Sequence record: MT939241.1
Source of the DNA: Enterococcus phage 9183
Direction: 5' to 3' (one strand)
DNA: 64,000 nt
Shown: positions 28,092 through 34,905 of the stretch, piece by piece
Position numbering within the stretch: position 1 is the first letter of the stretch
Layout: each line of letters begins with the position of its first letter
Notes under the pieces: model-generated
Told to the model about the DNA's origin: nothing
The model's input: the letters and a program-made list of their open reading frames with translations, nothing else
Database searches by the model: none
Program-made: the position numbers and the translations under genes

Positions 28092-28322
28092 ATGAATAAG
28101 AAACAGTTTGATTCGTTAAGTCAAGATGGACGAAAAAGATTTTTAAATAATCTTCCTGAAGGACTTACGGAACATGAAAGAACACTATATTTTAAGGAAA
28201 AAAATGTAGTGAAAATTTTATATATACAAGCCTCCGGATATACATCTGAGACGTCATATAATTTAAATGGATTACTTATAGGCCATGAGTTCGGAGGACA
28301 ACCACGAACATCTAATATGTAA
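28092..28322 (+). CDS. hypothetical protein
   Basis: 76-aa ORF with RBS GGTGGTG. Confidence 0.45.
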   Translation: MNKKQFDSLSQDGRKRFLNNLPEGLTEHERTLYFKEKNVVKILYIQASGYTSETSYNLNGLLIGHEFGGQPRTSNM

Positions 28323-28462
28323 TTATGTAAAAATAGACGAATTTCGTCGAATAAAAATCGAATTTTATTTATAAAGGAGAATATAAAATGCATAAGAAAA
28401 TGAAATAAGAAACGTATAATAGAGGAAATTCATCTATTTTTTCATATAAAATATGTAAACAG

Positions 28463-28491
28463 TTTACACTTTCTCCTCCTTCGTATATAAT
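28463..28491 (+). promoter_or_regulatory. promoter TTTACA-N17-TATAAT
   Basis: Consensus match. RBS GAAGGAGG follows. Confidence 0.55.
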
Positions 28492-28518
28492 ATAAACATA
28501 TATGAAGGAGGAATTTTT

Positions 28519-28929
28519 ATGTATATTTTATTAAAAGATTTATTGAAAAACGCTGAAGGGAATTTCTTATATCTAACACTTGATAATAGTGTATGTGTAT
28601 TCTCTTCAAAAGATGAAGCTATTATGAAATATGGAGATAAAGAAGTTATAAATATTGATACGTGTGTAAATAATTTTGGTGCTAGTTTGGTCGTTAAAGT
28701 TAAGACTCATAATGATGTTGAACTTGAACGTAAAATGACTAAAAGAATTGAAAGTCAAGTTGAGCTTTTGGAAGGGTGGCGTAGCGTCACTTCTGATGTC
28801 ATGTTTAAATTATTGGTTAACAATTATATTGAAGGATTCACAGATGCGCTTTATATTTTAGGACTCGACTATTCTAATTTACTTAAAGATGTTGAGAAAA
28901 TAAAGAAAGGTGATATCATTGAGAAATAA
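28519..28929 (+). CDS. hypothetical protein
   Basis: 136-aa ORF. Confidence 0.55.
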   Translation: MYILLKDLLKNAEGNFLYLTLDNSVCVFSSKDEAIMKYGDKEVINIDTCVNNFGASLVVKVKTHNDVELERKMTKRIESQVELLEGWRSVTSDVMFKLLVNNYIEGFTDALYILGLDYSNLLKDVEKIKKGDIIEK

Positions 28930-29230
28930 AATGTATGATACAGTTGATAAAATATGGTCATGGATTGTGGTAGGTGTTGAGGTTTTATGGGAAGCGGCTT
29001 TAAACATTGCCGAGGTGTTAATTCCATTTCTTCTAGCTATAGGACTAGGATCATTACTAATATTATTTCTATCAGTCATTCCTAAAATTTTTAGTGATGT
29101 AATAATGAAGATATTCGTTTTATCATTAATCTCATTGTGGATATTTTTTATATTGAAATCATTTATTGATCGATGTAAAATTGTCAAAAAGCAACATGAA
29201 ATAAGAAAGGATTTGGAAAATAAAAAATGA
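28910..29230 (+). CDS. small integral membrane protein (about 3 TM)
   Basis: Hydrophobic segments. 106 aa. Confidence 0.5.
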   Translation: MISLRNKMYDTVDKIWSWIVVGVEVLWEAALNIAEVLIPFLLAIGLGSLLILFLSVIPKIFSDVIMKIFVLSLISLWIFFILKSFIDRCKIVKKQHEIRKDLENKK

Positions 29231-29799
29231 AAAAGTTTATATTGATTATCTTAGCTATAATTGGAGTGCTATTCATAGGAGGAAAAGATCAAAGAGCCTA
29301 TGCGATGGTTCATTCTTCGTTTCATTCTTCATCGCATTCATCTTTTCATTCATCATCGAAAGTAGGTCGATCAACATTTAAGTCGCCCAGTCGATCAGGA
29401 TCTTCTATTAAAAGTGGATCAACTTACAAAGGTTCGGTTAAAACTCCTAAGGTGTCAGTTCCTAAGACAAATAAATCATCTTCATCTAAAGTGAAAAGCA
29501 ATTCCAATTTTAAAGGTAAACCTATTAAAAATGCTGACATTCCTACGAAAGTTAAGCCTCATTCATCAAGATCATTAGGCTTTAATGAAACGAATTATCG
29601 TCCATCTTATGAATCATCTTTTTCTTCACCGAGATTTTGGATGTGGTACTGGATGTTCAATCATCATGATTATAAAGACTCCAAAGGCGTAATTCATAAG
29701 TCATCAAAAATTAATTGGTTGAGAACTATTATGATGTTCATACTTGGAGCTTCATTATTAATCTTAATATTCCTAATAATATGGGCAATACTTCTATAA
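29227..29799 (+). CDS. secreted/membrane-anchored low-complexity protein with HSSFHSSS repeats
   Basis: N-terminal signal peptide, (HSSFHSSS)x2, a Ser/Lys-rich region and a C-terminal TM helix. Confidence 0.5.
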   Translation: MKKFILIILAIIGVLFIGGKDQRAYAMVHSSFHSSSHSSFHSSSKVGRSTFKSPSRSGSSIKSGSTYKGSVKTPKVSVPKTNKSSSSKVKSNSNFKGKPIKNADIPTKVKPHSSRSLGFNETNYRPSYESSFSSPRFWMWYWMFNHHDYKDSKGVIHKSSKINWLRTIMMFILGASLLILIFLIIWAILL

Positions 29800-29839
29800 A
29801 AATAAATAGAAAAATATGAAGAAATGTGAGTAAAAATTG

Positions 29840-29868
29840 TTTACATTTCTTCATTCTCCGATTATAAT
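29840..29868 (+). promoter_or_regulatory. promoter TTTACA-N17-TATAAT with conserved leader (copy B of the 5100 element)
   Basis: About 60 nt nearly identical to 5095-5160. Confidence 0.55.
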
Positions 29869-29915
29869 ATATATATAATCAATAAACAAATAATAAATGA
29901 AACGAGGAATATGAA

Positions 29916-30104
29916 ATGAAAAAAGGTCAACGCATTATGTTATTAGTAGATGTTAAAACAATGATGGCAAAATTTTCAAAAGGCGAAGAATTATTAATCA
30001 CTAAAGTTTCAATGGCCAACGGAAGAAAATCAATCACAGCGAGAAATGGTTTTGGATCAACTGTCGCTTTAAGAGAAGAACAGTTTAAAGTTTTAAGTAA
30101 ATAA
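29916..30104 (+). CDS. hypothetical protein
   Basis: 62-aa ORF with RBS GAGG. Confidence 0.45.
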   Translation: MKKGQRIMLLVDVKTMMAKFSKGEELLITKVSMANGRKSITARNGFGSTVALREEQFKVLSK

Positions 30105-30129
30105 AAATTAATGAAAAGAGGGAATTAAA

Positions 30130-30603
30130 ATGAAAAAATTAAACGAAATGACAGCAAAAGAACTTAAGGAAATGGCGAAAGAACAAAACATCAAAAATTG
30201 GTGGAAAATGAATAAGGAGCAACTTATCGTTGCTCTTTCTCAAGGAGACAAAGTTGAAGAAACTAAAGAGGAAAATACTAAGGAGGAAACACAAATGAAT
30301 AAAGAAGAAAACATCTCAATCATCGAAAAAGTTTACCAAATGTTAGAAAATGAAAGTGATGAAGTTAAACGACAAATCGCAAATAAACTTCTTAAAGATA
30401 CTAAGAAGAAAAAAGAAAAAATTGAAATCGTCGTTGATGATGAAACATTCACTTTCGAGTCATTACGACAAGCACACATCACTCTTAGCGAGAAATATGG
30501 TTTTACTTACTATGGTATTAAAGCTTTACTTGAAGGTAATGAAAATCATAAAGGTTACAAAGCAATGATGAAAGATCATAAAGTAACAGGAAAATTCTTA
30601 TAA
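30130..30603 (+). CDS. Rho-N/SAP-like helix-extension-helix domain protein
   Basis: N-terminus MTAKELKEMAKEQNIKNWWKMNKEQLIVAL resembles the Rho termination factor N-terminal motif. Confidence 0.45.
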   Translation: MKKLNEMTAKELKEMAKEQNIKNWWKMNKEQLIVALSQGDKVEETKEENTKEETQMNKEENISIIEKVYQMLENESDEVKRQIANKLLKDTKKKKEKIEIVVDDETFTFESLRQAHITLSEKYGFTYYGIKALLEGNENHKGYKAMMKDHKVTGKFL

Positions 30604-30619
30604 GAGAGGAAAGAGGAAG

Positions 30620-30802
30620 ATGTATAAATTCTTAGGTTTATTATTCATATTATTAATTGAGGTTGTAGCGATGCATCTTGTCGCTACGCCTTGGTACGGA
30701 TTAAATGTTTTTATCATAGGACTTATCACAATATTTTTAGGAACAATCGCTATAGGAATTATCGTTTATGATGAAGATGTAGATGAAAGAGTTCATAATT
30801 AA
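30620..30802 (+). CDS. small membrane protein
   Basis: 60-aa ORF with 2 TM. Confidence 0.45.
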   Translation: MYKFLGLLFILLIEVVAMHLVATPWYGLNVFIIGLITIFLGTIAIGIIVYDEDVDERVHN

Positions 30803-30840
30803 AATAAAAAAAAAATGAGGAGCTAAATGCTCCTCTTTTA
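30803..30840. terminator. bidirectional terminator at the strand-switch (A10 - gaggagctaaatgctcctc - T4)
   Basis: Palindromic hairpin between the convergent modules. Confidence 0.7.
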
Positions 30841-31815
30841 TATACCAAAAGCTTCAAATAGAATTTCATCGCTGCGATCCATTAGATATGATTCTGTTGT
30901 AGATACATCCTCATGATGAGCGATTAATTTCAACACTTTCAGGTCTAATGATTCTTTCCCTAATTCTTTCAACACATGATGTGTTCCATTTGAATAGTTG
31001 TCCAATGACGAATGTCGGAAACAGTGAGGATTAATGTCTAATTGAACGCCTGTTTTCTCCTCAAGAATTGTCCTAAATGTTAAACAAAATGAGTACAATG
31101 ATTCATAAGAACGAGCTCGTTTGTTTTCTCCTTTGCCCGCTACCCACAACGATTCAATATCATCTTCTCCTCGTTGATCAAACCATTTCTTTGCAATTTC
31201 ACGTGTACGATCAAAGTATAATAATTGGAATTTCTTTCCACGTTTACCAACTACTTCATTAGTCATCTTACCTTCTAAGAAACCTTTCTTATTTACCTGT
31301 AAGATTTCATTTCTCCTTGCAGCAGAATCGTATGATAATGAAAGGTAAAGAGCCATTTCATATCGTTCTTCCGCCAATAATTGATCAAGGATCACATTAA
31401 TTTGATCATCTGTTAAGAACACAATATCACGTACTTTTTCTCCTTGCACGCCCTTGATCGAACGCATTACATTTTTATCATAATCATATTCGTCCTCATC
31501 ATCTTCAGCGAATGTTAAGAGGTTACGAATTGAGCTTTGGAATCGATTAATGCGTGCTGCACTAGTCCCATTATCTTGAAGCTGTAAGAAGAAAGTTCGG
31601 AACATTCTTTTCTTTAGGTCTAATATAGATTTGTTTCCTGCATTATCATGAATCCAACAAAAGAAAGCACGAATGTCTGCCACATACTGATAAATCGTTT
31701 TCTCTGCTCGTCCTTTACTTTTAAGCTCTAGAACATAATCTTCTAAAAGCATTTTGTTTTCAGTGTTGACAGTCTCCCAAGTCTTTTCATTAAATAAGTT
31801 ATTACGTTTGCCCAT
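30838..31815 (-). CDS. tyrosine site-specific recombinase/integrase (XerC/D-like)
   Basis: C-terminal HCFRHSS (HxxR) followed by HHEDVSTTESY (nucleophile Tyr), with upstream ARR. 325 aa. Confidence 0.7.
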   Translation of the reverse strand: MGKRNNLFNEKTWETVNTENKMLLEDYVLELKSKGRAEKTIYQYVADIRAFFCWIHDNAGNKSILDLKKRMFRTFFLQLQDNGTSAARINRFQSSIRNLLTFAEDDEDEYDYDKNVMRSIKGVQGEKVRDIVFLTDDQINVILDQLLAEERYEMALYLSLSYDSAARRNEILQVNKKGFLEGKMTNEVVGKRGKKFQLLYFDRTREIAKKWFDQRGEDDIESLWVAGKGENKRARSYESLYSFCLTFRTILEEKTGVQLDINPHCFRHSSLDNYSNGTHHVLKELGKESLDLKVLKLIAHHEDVSTTESYLMDRSDEILFEAFGI

Positions 31816-31839
31816 ATTATTATCTCCTTACTTTATATA

Positions 31840-31867
31840 TGTAAAAGGAGAGGAATGAACCTCTCCT
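31840..31867 (-). terminator. terminator after endolysin gene
   Basis: Hairpin ggagagg-aatgaac-cctctcc with a T-run on the minus strand. Confidence 0.55.
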
Positions 31868-31874
31868 AAATTAA

Positions 31875-33038
31875 TTAATAGAAAGAACCATGTGCGATCC
31901 CAGTATTAGCATTACGAACTGCTACCCAACGATCTTGTCCTGAATATGATACGTAATGTGCCCAAATATATCCATCAGCCTTTACATATCCATCGTAATG
32001 GAATGATTGTCCTGTATAATATTGTCCTACGACTCCAGCGTTCACTGAAGGATTTGAACGAATGTTCACAGTTGTTCCAGCAACGAACGTTCCGTTTTCT
32101 TGATGGAATGTTGGAGTTGGAGCTACATTTTGTGTTTCAGTTACCAATGCGCCTGATACCCAACCAGCGCCATTTACTTCAAACCAAGTTGTGTAACCAT
32201 TTACTGATTCACCATTACGAGTGATACGTGTTGCTGTAAAACGATCGCCAGCTTTTAATTGACCAATAATTTTTGCTTTGGTGTTTTGGGCTGCTCGAAT
32301 ATTCACAGTTGTGTCGGCTACTTGAGGTTTGTTCCAAGCTGCGATATTGTAAGGAGAAGTTGGTGTAGGATTTGGATTTGGTTTTGGATTAGGATTTGGT
32401 GTAGGAGCGACAGGATCTTGTGAATCTCCAGCGACGCCATATTTCAAATCATTAGCCAGTTTTTGTTTGCTTACGCCCATTTCAGCTAAATATCCATAAG
32501 GATCAGTGTGATCGCCCCAGATATTTTGTGTTACCCACAAATGAGACTTAATACCAGGTGTTCCTGCGCCACCTTCATCTAACGTCAAAGGAATGCCATA
32601 AGCTTTAGCAGCAGCACGAGCCAATTCTACATAAGCATTATAGTTTTTCTTAAATAATGCTGGGTCAGATGTGTGCTGCAACTCAATTTGCACAGGTGCA
32701 TAAGGATTAGCATTTCCGGCTCCCCATGACACGTAACCCCATTGACCTACACGATAGTCAATTCCACCGTCACCGATGATGTCAGTCGTATAAGCACTTT
32801 GCCAGTTGTTTCTCATATACGTAGCTTCATTGCGGCCCGTTGCTCTAGGATTGGCTGTTTCATGCAAGATGATGTATTTATTTTGAGCAATACGACCATC
32901 TCCAGCTCCGGCAGGTAAATTAAATTCATTGTTCACTGTATAAAGAGCGGCTGCATCAGCTTTATCTCCTGCGAACAAACCTCCTACGCCTAAAGCGACT
33001 GTTGCGGCAACGATAGCGATAATTTTCTTAATTTTCAT
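31875..33038 (-). CDS. endolysin: Sec signal peptide + N-acetylmuramoyl-L-alanine amidase (Amidase_2/PGRP-like) + two C-terminal SH3b-like cell-wall-binding repeats
   Basis: N-terminus MKIKKIIAIVAATVALGVGGLFAG. YIILHETANP...YMRNNW resembles the PlyG-type amidase_2 core. Tandem repeats of about 70 aa (TTVNIR...). Confidence 0.7.
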   Translation of the reverse strand: MKIKKIIAIVAATVALGVGGLFAGDKADAAALYTVNNEFNLPAGAGDGRIAQNKYIILHETANPRATGRNEATYMRNNWQSAYTTDIIGDGGIDYRVGQWGYVSWGAGNANPYAPVQIELQHTSDPALFKKNYNAYVELARAAAKAYGIPLTLDEGGAGTPGIKSHLWVTQNIWGDHTDPYGYLAEMGVSKQKLANDLKYGVAGDSQDPVAPTPNPNPKPNPNPTPTSPYNIAAWNKPQVADTTVNIRAAQNTKAKIIGQLKAGDRFTATRITRNGESVNGYTTWFEVNGAGWVSGALVTETQNVAPTPTFHQENGTFVAGTTVNIRSNPSVNAGVVGQYYTGQSFHYDGYVKADGYIWAHYVSYSGQDRWVAVRNANTGIAHGSFY

Positions 33039-33079
33039 AAATTAAGTACCTCATTCTTTCTTTATTTTGTTTTTATATG

Positions 33080-33140
33080 TATAATCTATTGTCAGTAAAA
33101 CGAACATGTCATTAGAATGTCCTTCTGACAATAGATTATA
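33080..33140. repeat. perfect 16-bp inverted repeat (tataatctattgtcag / ctgacaatagattata) separated by 29 nt, between holin and endolysin
   Basis: Seen directly in the sequence. Confidence 0.8.
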
Positions 33141-33149
33141 CTTTACATT

Positions 33150-33509
33150 TTATTTGTCTTTGTTGCTACCATTTAATTTTCCGTCATCTAAGATATCTCC
33201 TACACTATTCCAGTCTTTGATCTTACCCGTGAATAAAGCAACAATTAAAGTAAGTAAATCTTTACCTCCAGCTGCGATAAGACCAGCAATTACACCATCA
33301 TAAATTCCTAAAGCGATTGATTGATCAGTTGCCCAAGTAGCAAAAACTCCAATTACGACCCCAACTCCACATGCAATTAAAGGTAAAAATCGATTGTCTA
33401 CTTTTTCAACATTTTTAAGAATGTACGTTACTAGAAAGACTCCTAAACCAATCATTAGGATGTAATTATTGTGAAGCATATTCATAGCATTTACGATTGT
33501 ATCAATCAT
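33150..33509 (-). CDS. holin
   Basis: 119 aa, 2-3 TM. Charged C-terminal tail. Lies directly upstream of the endolysin. Confidence 0.65.
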   Translation of the reverse strand: MIDTIVNAMNMLHNNYILMIGLGVFLVTYILKNVEKVDNRFLPLIACGVGVVIGVFATWATDQSIALGIYDGVIAGLIAAGGKDLLTLIVALFTGKIKDWNSVGDILDDGKLNGSNKDK

Positions 33510-33880
33510 TAAAAGTTCCTCCCATTAATTTTATTTCTTTCTTTTTCTCTTAAGGCTCTAGATAACTCTACGATTTGTTGTTCTTTTTCCTCTAGGAGTG
33601 CATTCATTTCTTTTTCTTTTAGTTCCAGCTTATCTAATAATTCTTGTGATTGTGCAAGCTGTAACCGAAGTTTTTCAGCCAAATCTTCCAATCGTGAAAT
33701 TTCCAAATCCTTTTCTCGATTTTGTTCCTTTAGTTCTTGAATGATATTACGAATCTCAGTTGTGTAAATTCCAGCGGCATCGGATTTGCTTTTCCTAGCA
33801 ACTCCAAGGTAGGTCATTAGTCCGCCAAAGATGGCCGTGACTAGACCAATAAAAACTTCATTCGTGAGCATTTCTTTCAT
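33509..33880 (-). CDS. membrane-anchored coiled-coil protein (lysis-cassette associated)
   Basis: N-terminal TM followed by a long heptad-rich helix. Confidence 0.45.
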   Translation of the reverse strand: MKEMLTNEVFIGLVTAIFGGLMTYLGVARKSKSDAAGIYTTEIRNIIQELKEQNREKDLEISRLEDLAEKLRLQLAQSQELLDKLELKEKEMNALLEEKEQQIVELSRALREKERNKINGRNF

Positions 33881-34259
33881 AAAGCCATCTATCTCCTTTG
33901 TATCTTATTGAGAAAATTAGTAAGAAGAAAAGAGTGAATAAAAGAATCCATGTAATGTTATGGTATCCACTTACTGATCTTACCAAATAAATCGTCCCCA
34001 ATGAAAAATACAAAGCTCCTAATAATACTATACAAATTTTCTGCAGCTTGGTTTTAATTCGCCAAAAAGAGTAAGCTAAAACCAATGAGAAAACTATGAT
34101 GATAGCACCAGTGATGTTGTCATCTATCCATTGAAAACTTTTTGGTAAAGTTAGAACTCCTCTTTGAACCAAATAGTCATCGTTGACTATTTGGAACAAT
34201 CCGAGGACGAAGGTTGAGATGACTAACGTATAAGCGTATTGCTTTTTGATAATCATCAA
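33858..34259 (-). CDS. integral membrane protein (4 TM)
   Basis: 133-aa hydrophobic ORF. Confidence 0.45.
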   Translation of the reverse strand: MMIIKKQYAYTLVISTFVLGLFQIVNDDYLVQRGVLTLPKSFQWIDDNITGAIIIVFSLVLAYSFWRIKTKLQKICIVLLGALYFSLGTIYLVRSVSGYHNITWILLFTLFFLLIFSIRYKGDRWLYERNAHE

Positions 34260-34262
34260 TTT

Positions 34263-34398
34263 TTATACCTCCTTGGCACCTTCAATAATTTCTCTAACTT
34301 GATCTTCAGTGATAGACTCTGGTACGAACATGTAAAGCTCTTCTTCCTTCAAGAATCCAACATTATACATATCTTTAATCAAATCAAATTCATACATA
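34263..34398 (-). CDS. small hypothetical protein (about 45 aa)
   Basis: ATG after AAAGGAG overlaps the stop of the upstream gene. Coordinates are accurate to within 1 nt. Confidence 0.3.
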
Positions 34399-34399
34399 C

Positions 34400-34885
34400 T
34401 TATTCATCTCCTTTAAGAGTTGTCGTTGTCGTAAAAGGTAATGTTCCATTTTCAACTGTTGTTGATGTAGTTGTCGTAGGTTCAACAGTCGTAGATGTTG
34501 TCGTTGTTGCGGCTTTAGTGGTTGTCGTTGTCGTTAATCCATCAAGTAAAGGTTTTACTTTTCTTTCAAGATTAATTGTTGCTAACATTGCTTTTGATGA
34601 TGCCGATCCAGCAATAGCTAATTTTGCTTGATTTTCCGACAATTCTTGATTTGCTTGCGCTAAATCATTTTCTAATCCTTCATAGCGAGCACGAAGATTA
34701 TCAAATTCATCCTTCAAAGCTAAGTCTCCAATGAATACCCATTTCCCTTCAGTTGGAACAAACGTTTGTTGTCCCAAAGGATAATCTTCTAAAGGAGCTA
34801 CGTCAGTGAATGGAAACATCACTGGATATCCTTCACTGACTTCAAATTCTTGTCCGCCTACTTCTTCAAATTTCCAAATTTTCAT
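34400..34885 (-). CDS. tail-associated protein with Thr-rich C-terminus
   Basis: 161 aa. The C-terminus TTTTTKAATTTTSTTVEPTTTTSTTV is a low-complexity Thr tract. Confidence 0.5.
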   Translation of the reverse strand: MKIWKFEEVGGQEFEVSEGYPVMFPFTDVAPLEDYPLGQQTFVPTEGKWVFIGDLALKDEFDNLRARYEGLENDLAQANQELSENQAKLAIAGSASSKAMLATINLERKVKPLLDGLTTTTTTKAATTTTSTTVEPTTTTSTTVENGTLPFTTTTTLKGDE

Positions 34886-34905
34886 AATATGATCTCCTTT
34901 TATAT

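Noticed and set aside
30350-30568. Nested ORFs inside confirmed genes (e.g. 30350-30568, 22814-23050, 4593-4784, 9637-9837, 10156-10380, 35769-35987, 38531-39152, 42629-42835, 43598-43885, 62633-62905)
   Set aside because: They are fully embedded in longer ORFs that have clear homology or RBSs. They lack starts with an RBS and represent out-of-frame noise in an AT-rich genome.
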